The notes: generated by a model from the letters alone, not told the origin. DNA of 64,000 bases from Bacteroidia bacterium (GCA_038206385.1 JBBRAW010000003.1:17211-81210); one strand, 5' to 3'. Shown: positions 10,401 to 20,173, counted from the stretch's first letter. Made by a program: numbers and translations.

Positions 10401-12530
10401 ATGGATCAACTAACGCAGAATTTAAAAGATGGAGCTATGCAATTGCTTGAGGTTCCATTTCCTGCTTTAATGCCAGGACAAATTCTTGTGCGTAACCATT
10501 TTTCATTGATCAGTGCAGGTACAGAAGGAAAAACTGTGAAAGATGCTCGCTTAGGTTATATCGCTAAAGCGAGAGCGCGTAGTGAGGAGGTAAAAAAAGT
10601 AATTCAATCTGCTAAAACAAATGGTTGGCTGGATACTTATAAAATGGTGATGAATAAATTAGATGCTCCATCATCATTAGGTTACAGTTGCGCTGGTGAA
10701 GTAATCGCTGTAGCAAATGATGTTCGTGGTTTTCAATGCGGAGATTTAGTTGCCTGCGGTGGTGGAACTGCTGTTCACGCAGAAGTGATTGTTGTACCCG
10801 TTAATCTATGCGTGAAATTAAAAGCGAATACTGATTTACGTCAAGCTGCATTTACAACTGTTGGTGCAATTGCACTTCAAGGTATTCGTCAAGCGGATGT
10901 ACGTTTAGGAGAAAGCTGTGTAGTTATTGGACTAGGATTAGTTGGTCAGCTAACAATTCTTTTACTAAAAGCATCAGGCATAAAAGTGATTGCAATTGAT
11001 ATTGATTCAGCACAAGTAATTAAAGCAAATGAAATTGGTGCTGATCTCGCTGTCGATCGTAAAAATGAAAATTTAGAAGATCAAGTTTCGCATCTTACAA
11101 ATGGATTTGGTGCTGATGCAATTATCATCACAGCAAGTACCAACTCAAATGATCCTATAGAACTTGCAGGGAAATTAGCTCGACAAAAAGGAAAAGTAAT
11201 TATAGTTGGTGCTGTTCCAACTGGATTCAGTCGTAAGAATTATTATATAAAAGAATTAGATCTTCGAATGTCATGTTCGTATGGTCCTGGTAGATATGAT
11301 AGTGATTACGAAGAGAAAGGTATCGATTATCCAATCGGCTATATTCGTTGGACAGAGAATCGCAACATGCAGGCTTTCGCGGATCTTGTTAGCAACGGTA
11401 CACTAGATTTAAATAAAATCATTTCGCACGAATTTACATTTCAAGATGCACCAAATGCATATCAAATGATTCTTGATAAAACAGAATCGTTTGCTGGTAT
11501 TCTTTTAAAATATGATTTATCAAAAGAATTAAAAAAACGTGTTCAACTTTCTATTCAATCTCTATCAGCATCAGAACCAGCATTAGCATTTATTGGTGCA
11601 GGATCATTCGCACAAAATATGTTGCTGCCGAATTTACAATCGAAAGCAAAGTTTATTGGAATAAGCACTGCTCGTCCTAATAATGCAAAATATATTGCGG
11701 ATAAATATCATTTTGACTATTGCACAAATAATACAGAAGAAATATTTAATGATGATAAAGTAAATACGGTATTTATAGTTACTCGTCATAATTCTCATTT
11801 TGAATATGCATTGAAGGCTTTACAAAACAAGAAAAATGTTTTTGTGGAAAAGCCTCTTTGCATGAATGAATCGGAGTTAGATGAAATAAAAAATGCATGG
11901 TCATCATCCGGAAAAATTTTGATGATCGGTTTCAATAGAAGATTTGCTCCACTAATTACCAAAATAAAAAGTACTTTAAATAGTGATTTTCCTATTGCAA
12001 TAAATTATCGAATCAATGCAGGAATAATTGCTCCCGATCATTGGACGCAAGATCCAAAAATAGGTGGTGGAAGAATCATCGGTGAAGTTTGTCATTTTAT
12101 TGATCTTTGCAGATACTTAACAGGGTCCGCAATCAGAAGTGTTTCTGCAACGGCGATGAAATCAGCCGCAAATACGGAAGACACAATTATTGTACAATTA
12201 CAATTTGAGAATGGAAGCATTGCAAATATCTCTTATTTTGCAAATGGCAATAAAGAACTTTCAAAAGAATATTTAGAAGTATTTAGCTCAGGAACAGTAT
12301 TTCAATTGGATGATTTCAAAACATTATCTGTATTTGGTAAATCAAAAAGTATTCACAAAGTATCATCGCAAGATAAAGGACATAAAGCGGAACTAGATGC
12401 GTTTTTAAATTCAATAAGCAAAGGAAGTCCTGCTCCTATTCCATTTGAAGAATTATATGAAAGTATGCTCGTTACTTTTAAAGCAATAGAATCTATTCGC
12501 AATAACGGATCGAACATTTTAATTTCCTAA
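10401..12530 (+). CDS. bi-domain oxidoreductase: Zn-dependent alcohol dehydrogenase (MDR) domain fused to Gfo/Idh/MocA oxidoreductase domain
   Basis: N-terminus has GroES-like + Rossmann 'VIGLGLVGQ'. C-terminus has a second Rossmann 'FIGAGSFAQNMLLPNL' and a Gfo/Idh/MocA C-terminal alpha/beta domain. Confidence 0.8.
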   Translation: MDQLTQNLKDGAMQLLEVPFPALMPGQILVRNHFSLISAGTEGKTVKDARLGYIAKARARSEEVKKVIQSAKTNGWLDTYKMVMNKLDAPSSLGYSCAGEVIAVANDVRGFQCGDLVACGGGTAVHAEVIVVPVNLCVKLKANTDLRQAAFTTVGAIALQGIRQADVRLGESCVVIGLGLVGQLTILLLKASGIKVIAIDIDSAQVIKANEIGADLAVDRKNENLEDQVSHLTNGFGADAIIITASTNSNDPIELAGKLARQKGKVIIVGAVPTGFSRKNYYIKELDLRMSCSYGPGRYDSDYEEKGIDYPIGYIRWTENRNMQAFADLVSNGTLDLNKIISHEFTFQDAPNAYQMILDKTESFAGILLKYDLSKELKKRVQLSIQSLSASEPALAFIGAGSFAQNMLLPNLQSKAKFIGISTARPNNAKYIADKYHFDYCTNNTEEIFNDDKVNTVFIVTRHNSHFEYALKALQNKKNVFVEKPLCMNESELDEIKNAWSSSGKILMIGFNRRFAPLITKIKSTLNSDFPIAINYRINAGIIAPDHWTQDPKIGGGRIIGEVCHFIDLCRYLTGSAIRSVSATAMKSAANTEDTIIVQLQFENGSIANISYFANGNKELSKEYLEVFSSGTVFQLDDFKTLSVFGKSKSIHKVSSQDKGHKAELDAFLNSISKGSPAPIPFEELYESMLVTFKAIESIRNNGSNILIS

Positions 12531-12531
12531 T

Positions 12532-13725
12532 ATGAGTGATCCGTTAAAACAAAAATACATTCATAAATCGCTAGAAGAATTACAACGCTATATTGAAGCT
12601 GAAGGATTTAAAGGTTATGATCCGTATGATACTTTAACGAGTACAGTTCCTTTTCATGTACTTGGAAAGTGGGGACCCATCATTGCAACACAAATTCAAA
12701 AACGTAATCCATTTAATATTCGAAAATTAATTGGAATTAAAAAAGATTACAATCCGAAAGGACTTGGATTACTGTTACATTCTTATGCAATTCTTCAACA
12801 AAAATTTCCTGAACGTTCTTATAAAAAACAATTAGAAGAACTTTATAAACTGATTCTAGAAAAAAGAACTTTAGGGTATAACGGAACATGCTGGGGTTAT
12901 AATTTTGGATGGGCTAGTCCAGTGAAATATTTAAAACCCTATGCGCCAACAATAGTTGTTACAGCATTTATTGCAAAAGGATTATATGCCTATTTCAAAG
13001 TCAGTAATAAAGAAGAAATAAAGGAATTATTGCTTTCAATTGCACCTTTCATTTTAAAAGATTTACCACATACTATTACCGATGATGGTGTATGTATTAG
13101 CTATAGCACATCAATGCCCGACTGTTGTTATAATGCATCCTTATTAGCTGCGGAAACATTAGCGATACTTTTTAATTTAGATCCAAATCCGAAATACAAA
13201 CAACTTGCATTGGAAGCAATTCGCTTTGTAATTAATCATCAACATTCGGATGGACATTGGGGTTATAGTTTAAATATTAAAACGGCAAAAGAACGTAAAC
13301 AAACAGATTTTCATCAAGGATTTGTTTTAGAATCTATTTGGAATATCACGCAATTGTTAAATCATTCTGATGCTGCAATTACAAAATCATTGCAATCAGG
13401 AATTGATTTTTATGTTCCTAAACAATTTAGTAAAGTAGGTCGTTCGTATTGGAGATTACCATCAAAGTATCCCACCGATATTCACCATCAAGCACAAGGA
13501 ATTATCACACTTGCAAGGATGTCGAAATTTGCTCCAGCGTATGCAATATTTGGAAAAACAATTGCAGCGTGGACGATAGAAAATATGCAAGATCCTTATG
13601 ATGGACATTTCTATTTTAAGAAAATGAGATTTTACACAAACAAGATTTCATTTATGCGTTGGGGACAAGCATGGATGTTTTTAGCACTCGCAGAAATAAT
13701 TCAACCTGAACAAAAATCATTATGA
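12532..13725 (+). CDS. hypothetical polysaccharide-modifying enzyme (alpha/alpha-toroid-like; heparinase II/III-like or glucuronyl C5-epimerase-like)
   Basis: Position after the bi-domain oxidoreductase, as in Bacteroidota capsule loci. Trp/His-rich motifs 'GHWGYSLN', 'HQGFVLESIW'. No definitive signature. Confidence 0.4.
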   Translation: MSDPLKQKYIHKSLEELQRYIEAEGFKGYDPYDTLTSTVPFHVLGKWGPIIATQIQKRNPFNIRKLIGIKKDYNPKGLGLLLHSYAILQQKFPERSYKKQLEELYKLILEKRTLGYNGTCWGYNFGWASPVKYLKPYAPTIVVTAFIAKGLYAYFKVSNKEEIKELLLSIAPFILKDLPHTITDDGVCISYSTSMPDCCYNASLLAAETLAILFNLDPNPKYKQLALEAIRFVINHQHSDGHWGYSLNIKTAKERKQTDFHQGFVLESIWNITQLLNHSDAAITKSLQSGIDFYVPKQFSKVGRSYWRLPSKYPTDIHHQAQGIITLARMSKFAPAYAIFGKTIAAWTIENMQDPYDGHFYFKKMRFYTNKISFMRWGQAWMFLALAEIIQPEQKSL

Positions 13726-14762
13726 AACGATTTCTGATTTACATGGGACATCCTGCTCATTTTCATCTTTTCAAGAATACGATTTCAATTCTTCGTGAGC
13801 AAAATCATGAAGTAGAAATATTGATTAAGAAAAAAGATATTCTGGAAGATTTACTTCGTAATAATGGATGGGCATACACAAATATTAATCCTAAAGGTCG
13901 TGGTGATAGTAAGTTTGCGATTGCTTGGTCACTCCTAAAACGTGATGTAGAATTTTTTAAAGTAGCGAAGCGTTTCAAGCCAGATTTAATGATTGGAACA
14001 TCGGCAGAGATAACACATATTGGAAAACTATTAAACATTCCGTCGATTGTAGTTAATGAAGATGATGCCGCCATTGTTCCACTATTTGCAAAACTTGCTT
14101 ATCCATTTGCTTCAGCGGTTCTTGCTCCTAACTGTTGCGATTGTGGCAAATGGGAATCGAAAAAAATTGGTTACGAAAGCTATCATGAATTAGCTTATTT
14201 ACATCCTGATCATTTCACTCCCGATTTATCAATAGTTAGAAAATATATTCAAGAAGAACATTATTTTATTCTTCGCTTTGCAAAACTTACTGCGCATCAT
14301 GATGCTGGTCGTTCAGGAATAAATTTAGAGATTGCAAAAAAAATTATTGAACTGCTTTCACCAAAAGGAAGAGTTTATATTACCTCCGAACGTGAGCTTG
14401 AAAAAGAATTAGAACCTTATCGTATTGCAATAAATCCTTTGCACATTCATCATGCAATGGCCTTTGCTGATTTATACATTGGCGACTCTCAAACGATGGC
14501 TGCAGAAGCCGCTGTGCTCGGAACTCCTTCGTTACGATTCAATGACTTTGTTGGCGAAATAGGATATCTCGAAGAACTAGAACATCGTTATGGATTAACA
14601 TTTGGCATCCGCACAAATAATGTGATAGGATTTTTTCACAAACTCAACGAATTAATTCTTGATTCCGATTTAAAATCAACATGGATACAAAGACAAAATA
14701 AAATGCTTGCTGAAAAAATAAATTTGGCAACCTATATGGCTGACCTTTTTATTAATTATTAG
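13722..14762 (+). CDS. DUF354 family protein (GT-B/epimerase-like) of polysaccharide loci
   Basis: N-terminus 'MKRFLIYMGHPAHFHLFKNTI' is typical of DUF354. Last gene of the co-directional array. Confidence 0.55.
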   Translation: MKRFLIYMGHPAHFHLFKNTISILREQNHEVEILIKKKDILEDLLRNNGWAYTNINPKGRGDSKFAIAWSLLKRDVEFFKVAKRFKPDLMIGTSAEITHIGKLLNIPSIVVNEDDAAIVPLFAKLAYPFASAVLAPNCCDCGKWESKKIGYESYHELAYLHPDHFTPDLSIVRKYIQEEHYFILRFAKLTAHHDAGRSGINLEIAKKIIELLSPKGRVYITSERELEKELEPYRIAINPLHIHHAMAFADLYIGDSQTMAAEAAVLGTPSLRFNDFVGEIGYLEELEHRYGLTFGIRTNNVIGFFHKLNELILDSDLKSTWIQRQNKMLAEKINLATYMADLFINY

Positions 14763-14878
14763 AGATAGTTTGGTGAATTAGCAAGTCGATATTTATTTGA
14801 AATAGCGCCTAACATTTTTCATAAGCGATTCTTAGATTATATTACAATTTGGATTTCGTTTTTAGCGTATGAAATCTT

Positions 14879-16381
14879 TTATTTGAACACTACCAATCTT
14901 TTAGTTGATATTGCATTCCCAGAAGTAACACTAATAAAATAAACGCCATCGTGTAATTGTGGTAAATTCAAATCCTGCATGGTACTCCATGTTGGTAAAT
15001 TCATTTGATAAATCTTTTCACCCATTAAATTTCGAATAGTTAGAATACCATTTTGATTTTGCGGCATCAGATAACTTACTCTAAAATTTCCATCATGAAC
15101 AGGATTGGGCTTAACAGAAAGATTTTTAATTGAAGACAGCTCATAAATTCCTACATGCGATAAAGTATCACACGCACTTCCAATAACAGGCCCTAAATAA
15201 TAATTAGGATGATAAACATTACCCCTTGCTGAATAACAAGGAATTCGTAAAGCGTGTTGACGCATATCGCAGGAGATGCCATCACTATCGGGTTTATTAA
15301 TGTAATTTAAATCAATATTACCACTTCCTGAAGTAACATATATTTTCCCTTTCGCAGCAAGGTATCCATACCAGAAATTTGTACAGGTAAAGCTAAATGG
15401 ATAACAATAATTATCCTCAATTGCAATTGTGTCCAAACTAGCAGCAATATCAGATGTATCTGTGTTTACTTGAAACAAAGTGTTAAAGCTTCCAAAATAA
15501 ATATATTTAGAATTAGGCGAAAATGCAATACAAAAACCACCTACTGGTGAAAGAATTTTTACTGTTTGCGGATTTGAAAACATTCCAGTACAACGATCAA
15601 AATCCAATATTCTTAAATTGTGGGTTCCTTGTCCACTGTTTAGATATTTAATGCTGTAAGTAAAATTATTTCCGTCAGGAGAAAACTGAACACTACCAGC
15701 AAAGAAATATGGCGCAGGTAAACCAGTATGCTGAGAAGTAATGGAACTAATTCCAGAAGGTGTTAATAATACTTTATAAATTAGATCACTGTTGTGTGAT
15801 GTAACTACAATCCACCAGTCCCTTCCATTAGCATGCTTGCAAACTCCAATACCGGAATTTAAAGAATCTTGCAATTCAATAACATTTTTTTGTGTTACTG
15901 CACCAAGTCCACCATTTAACGTTTTATCGACAATGGTATAAAAGAGTTGATCCCACAAAGTATTATCAATATCATCAGATGTCTAGTGAAATAAAATATA
16001 TTTTGTACTGTCTCCTGGATAGGGTAAAAAAACGGATGTATTTGTTACAGGCAAGCCAATACTACACCAGCTATCTGCAAAAGCACCTGGATTTAAACTA
16101 TCACCGTTTAACATTATATTATTTGATGCATCAGCAATGTAGCAACCATTAGTATACATCAACAAGTTTCCATTTTCATCTGAAATATTTACTTGTACAC
16201 CTCCGAAAGACATTGCAAAAGAAGCTGGGGAAACATTTAACGAAGTATCAGCGAACCCCAAAATGGCCCTTGTGCTGGTTACATTGGTATTAATGCCAGT
16301 ATAACCAATCAGCCAGTTATGATTTAGTCCTTGTGTAAGAAGATTATTATACTGATTTATTAGGATCAGTACAATAATCAA
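14879..16381 (-). pseudogene. T9SS C-terminal sorting domain cargo protein interrupted by a single in-frame TAG (15983-15985)
   Basis: ORFs 15983..16381 and 14879..15958 are in the same frame (423 nt apart), separated only by TAG. Downstream ORF has no ATG (TTG). C-terminus 'GVYFISVTSGNAISTKRLVVFK' is a T9SS type-A sorting domain. Confidence 0.6.
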
Positions 16382-16477
16382 TTTGGAAATATGCTATAGT
16401 TTCAATGGTTAATTAGGAATCTTGATTTTATGATTGTTAAGATAATAAGTTCAATTGTATTGAAAGGGAATTGTAGT

Positions 16478-16735
16478 GAACAATTCCGATAGCTATCGAA
16501 ATGAAGGATTACTATGATTTGCAGGATTAATTTATCTTGAACACGATTTGCAGGATTACTATGATTTGCAGGATTAATTTATCTTGAACAGTTCCGATAG
16601 CTATCGGAATTATAGGATTACTGTGATTTGCAGGATTAAAATAATTAAAAATATTCATCTACGTCCGTCCTTTGAAGGGCGAAGGGTAGGCCTTTATCTT
16701 GAACAGTTTCAATAGCTACCGGGAATGAAAGAATA
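16478..16735. repeat. degenerate ~50-60 bp tandem repeat block (3-4 units) with GATAGCTATC palindromes and 5x 'gatttgcaggatta' sub-repeats
   Basis: Direct reading: units begin 'ttatcttgaaca(a/g)ttccgatagctatcg...'. Perfect 18-bp palindrome 'ttccgatagctatcggaa' at 16602-16619. Confidence 0.8.
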
Positions 16736-16886
16736 AGTTTTAACCCTTACCCATAATTTTAATTTGTTAAGCAAAAATAAACATCTTAAATTTGTGAAAC
16801 TTCATTAATGCAAGTCATAAATTATATTTAAATTGTGCCTATGGAACTTAAATTACTACTTAATATAACTCATTAAAATAAAACAA

Positions 16887-17129
16887 ATGACATTTCAATT
16901 TATTCATGATGACAGAGGAAACACCACCGGCGTATTTATTCCAATTGAGGAATGGCAATCATTAAAGGCAAAATATACCGATTTACAAAAAGAAGAAGCT
17001 GAAAATGTAGTAGATCTTTCCACTTTTCAAAAACAAATTATTGATGAGCGCTTAAACGATTACTATAAAAATTCTGACAATGTTTTCAACTTTGATAAAA
17101 CAATTGATGACATCGAAAACAATCTATGA
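16887..17129 (+). CDS. putative antitoxin (addiction-module component) of a ParE/RelE-type pair
   Basis: 80-aa acidic protein. 4-bp overlap (ATGA) with the downstream ParE-like ORF. Confidence 0.5.
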   Translation: MTFQFIHDDRGNTTGVFIPIEEWQSLKAKYTDLQKEEAENVVDLSTFQKQIIDERLNDYYKNSDNVFNFDKTIDDIENNL

Positions 17130-17425
17130 GCTATACTTTTGTAAACAGACCGGATGTAGGCACTGATATAATTACAATAACCGATTATTATAAAAACATA
17201 AATCCAGAACTTGCCAAACAATTTTTGTTTCGTATTCGTGAAGCCAAAAAATATATTGCAAAATCTCCTTTGGGGTTTCAGGTAAAGTATAAAGAGGTGC
17301 GAACGCTTTTATTAAAATAATTTCCATATCACATTCATTACCTTATTGTAGAAAGCAAAAACCAAATCATCATTCTTGCCATCATTCACGCTTATAAAAA
17401 TCCTGCGGATTTATCAAATAGATAA
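17126..17425 (+). pseudogene. ParE/RelE-family toxin gene with in-frame TAA at 17318-17320
   Basis: N-terminal 64 aa match the ParE pattern (D..I..Y......P..A..F...I......P..G). After the TAA, 34 more in-frame codons give 'YHIHYLIVESKNQIIILAIIHAYKNPADL' (ParE C-terminal Y.I.Y.V....I.I..I.H..R.P). Full length 99 aa. Confidence 0.6.
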
Positions 17426-17465
17426 TTACATTACAGCCCCGTTTTGCAAGATCAATTTCTTTAGC

Positions 17466-17540
17466 TATTTTTTAAATGCTTGCCGAAAAAATTAATTTAG
17501 CAAAGTATATGGCTGATCTTTTTATAAAATATTAGAGATA
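17466..17540 (+). other. diverged duplicate of the last 19 codons + stop of the DUF354 gene (compare 14704-14775)
   Basis: Translates MLAEKINLAKYMADLFIKY* versus native MLAEKINLATYMADLFINY*. About 85% nt identity over ~70 bp, followed by similar 'attagagata'. Confidence 0.75.
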
Positions 17541-17604
17541 ATATTATCAACTTGTCCTAACGAACAAAGGCAACCTCTCGGTTGCCTTTGCTGTAGTGAT
17601 TCAG

Positions 17605-18738
17605 TTAAACATTCACGAGGAATAACTCTTTCAGTGTTTCAACGCAATAATCTAATTCTTCTTTTGTATTGTATCTGCTAAATGAAAAACGTATTGCAGG
17701 ACGATCAGGGCTTGATTGAATTCCAGTTAAAACATGCGACCCAACATTTGTTCCCGAAGTACATGCGCTACCTGCTGAACAAGCAATGCCTGCAATATCT
17801 AAATTGAACAATAACATTTCCGAAATATCAGTAGGAGGAAATGATACATTTAAAACAGTGTACAAACTATTATCAGTAACATCACCATTAAATTCAATTC
17901 CTGAAATTTCATTTACTAAACGATCATGCATATAAGTCTTCAATCCTTTGATGTATTGAAGATCATGATCAATATTTTCATAAGCTATTTCTAAAGCTTT
18001 CGCAAGACCAACAATACCGTAAACATTTTCAGTACCGCCACGCATGTTACGCTCTTGCGCACCACCAGTAATGAAAGGCTTTATTTTAATTCGGTTGTTG
18101 ATGTATAAAAATCCTACTCCTTTTGGTCCGTGAAATTTATGTGCAGCACAGGTAACAAAATCTATTGGAAGCGTTGAAAGATCATGCGTAAAGTGACCCA
18201 TTGTTTGTACTGTATCCGAATGAAAAACGGCATCGTACTTTCTACATATTTCACCAACTTGTTGTAATGGCAATAGTGTTCCTATCTCATTGTTCGCATG
18301 CATCAAGGAAACTAACGTGCGATCATTTTCTTTTAAAAGTTTTTCGAGATCAGCTAAGTCAACATGACCTTGATCATCTACTTTTACTAAACTTAATTTT
18401 ATTTCTCCACGATGTGCGAGATCTTCTAGTGTATGCAAAACTGCATGATGCTCGAGCGGAGATGTAATAGCATGCTTGATTCCTAAATCATGAATACAAC
18501 ATCGCAATGCCATATTGTTTGCTTCCGTTCCTCCAGAAGTGAAAAATAATTCGGAGGGAGTAGTCTTGAGTAATTGTGCTACTTTTTTACGTGCAGTTTC
18601 AAGAGCAGAACGAACCTCTCGTCCAAAAGCATGAATAGATGAAGGATTACCAAATTGATTACGCATCATTGGTATCATCGTTTCTACTACTTCAGGGTGT
18701 ATTGCAGTAGTAGCTGCATTATCGAGATAGATTTTCAT
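17605..18738 (-). CDS. cysteine desulfurase (class V aminotransferase, IscS/NifS-like)
   Basis: 'MKIYLDNAATTAIHPEV', PLP lysine region 'HKFHGPKGVGFLY', active-site Cys loop 'SAGSACTSG'. Confidence 0.9.
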   Translation of the reverse strand: MKIYLDNAATTAIHPEVVETMIPMMRNQFGNPSSIHAFGREVRSALETARKKVAQLLKTTPSELFFTSGGTEANNMALRCCIHDLGIKHAITSPLEHHAVLHTLEDLAHRGEIKLSLVKVDDQGHVDLADLEKLLKENDRTLVSLMHANNEIGTLLPLQQVGEICRKYDAVFHSDTVQTMGHFTHDLSTLPIDFVTCAAHKFHGPKGVGFLYINNRIKIKPFITGGAQERNMRGGTENVYGIVGLAKALEIAYENIDHDLQYIKGLKTYMHDRLVNEISGIEFNGDVTDNSLYTVLNVSFPPTDISEMLLFNLDIAGIACSAGSACTSGTNVGSHVLTGIQSSPDRPAIRFSFSRYNTKEELDYCVETLKELFLVNV

Positions 18739-18766
18739 CCCAGATTTATTTTTAGATAATTTAAAC

Positions 18767-20173
18767 TTATGCTTTCGCCATCATCTTAGAGAGGATGTCT
18801 TTAATATCAGAAATAATTTTTTCAGCAAGATTATTCGCTGTTGTCATCGATTGACTTTCAGAATAAATACGAATGATAGGTTCCGTATTTGATCTACGTA
18901 AGTGAACCCACTCATTGTCAAATTCTATTTTCACTCCATCAACAACATTAACAGGTTGCTTACTGTATTTATTTTTGATGCCTTCAAGAATTTCATCAAC
19001 ATCAATATCTGGAGTTAGTTCAATTTTATTTTTGGAGATAAAATAATCAGGATAGGAAGCACGAAGCATCGAACAACTTTTTCCATACTTAGCAAGATGC
19101 GTTAAGAACAATGCTATACCCACCAATGCATCGCGACCATAATGCAACTCAGGTAAAATAACACCACCATTTCCTTCTCCACCAATCACTGCATTAGTTG
19201 CTTTCATCATCTCCACAACATTCACTTCACCAACAGCAGAAGCGGAATATTTTCCTCCAGCTTTTTCAGTAACATCGCGCAAAGCTTTTGTAGAAGAAAG
19301 ATTCGAAACAGTATTACCTTTTTTATTTTTCAAAACATAATCAGCAACAGCAACCAACGTATATTCTTCACCAAACATTTCACCATCTTCACACACAATT
19401 GCTAAACGATCAACATCAGGATCAACAACAATTCCTAAGTGCGCTTTTTTATTAAGTACTACTTTAGAAATCTCCGTTAAATTTTCTGGCAATGGCTCAG
19501 GATTGTGCGGAAAATTACCATTGGGTTGACAATACAATTCAACAATATCTTTCACGCCAAGTGCATTTAACAAAGCAGGAACAGCGATGCCACCAGTAGA
19601 ATTCACACAATCAATTGCGATTTTAAAATTCTTTGCAGCGATTGCCTTTTTATCAACCATCGGCAAAGCAAGTATCGCTTCAATATGTCGAGCCATACTT
19701 TGATTGTCGAATGTAACTTGACCTAATTTATTTACATCAGTGTAAACGATTTCGCCACTCTCGGCTAAACGTAAAATTTCTTCGCCATCAGCAGCAGAAA
19801 TAAATTCGCCTTTTTCATTTAATAACTTTAACGCATTCCATTGTTTAGGATTATGACTTGCAGTAAGAATTATTCCACCTTGTGCATTCTCAAAAGTTAC
19901 TGCCATCTCAACAGTAGGTGTGGTCGATAAACCAGTATCCACAACATCAATTCCTAAACTACAAAGTGTTCCTGAAACTAAACTATTTACCATGCTTCCA
20001 GAAATACGTGCATCGCGGCCAATTACTACTTTGCATTTTTTATCAGGATTACGATTGGTGAGCCACATTGAATACGCAGAAGTGAATTTTACTACGTCAA
20101 CTGGCGTTAATGAATCACCTGGTTTTCCGCCGATTGTTCCACGGATTCCAGATATAGATTTTATAAGCGTCAT
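18767..20173 (-). CDS. glmM: phosphoglucosamine mutase (alpha-D-phosphohexomutase family)
   Basis: Active-site 'TASHNP', Mg loop 'DPDVDR', sugar-binding 'GGEGNGG'. Confidence 0.8.
   Translation of the reverse strand: MTLIKSISGIRGTIGGKPGDSLTPVDVVKFTSAYSMWLTNRNPDKKCKVVIGRDARISGSMVNSLVSGTLCSLGIDVVDTGLSTTPTVEMAVTFENAQGGIILTASHNPKQWNALKLLNEKGEFISAADGEEILRLAESGEIVYTDVNKLGQVTFDNQSMARHIEAILALPMVDKKAIAAKNFKIAIDCVNSTGGIAVPALLNALGVKDIVELYCQPNGNFPHNPEPLPENLTEISKVVLNKKAHLGIVVDPDVDRLAIVCEDGEMFGEEYTLVAVADYVLKNKKGNTVSNLSSTKALRDVTEKAGGKYSASAVGEVNVVEMMKATNAVIGGEGNGGVILPELHYGRDALVGIALFLTHLAKYGKSCSMLRASYPDYFISKNKIELTPDIDVDEILEGIKNKYSKQPVNVVDGVKIEFDNEWVHLRRSNTEPIIRIYSESQSMTTANNLAEKIISDIKDILSKMMAKA

Noticed and set aside
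16478-16735. Possible CRISPR array
   Set aside because: Units are degenerate and contiguous, of variable length (about 47-60 bp), without unique spacers of uniform size. No cas genes anywhere in the window.
15983-17320. Stop-codon reassignment (TAG or TAA read as sense)
   Set aside because: TAG terminates the well-conserved Mur ligase gene, and TAA terminates most other genes here at positions matching homologue lengths. The two internal stops are better explained as nonsense mutations or errors.
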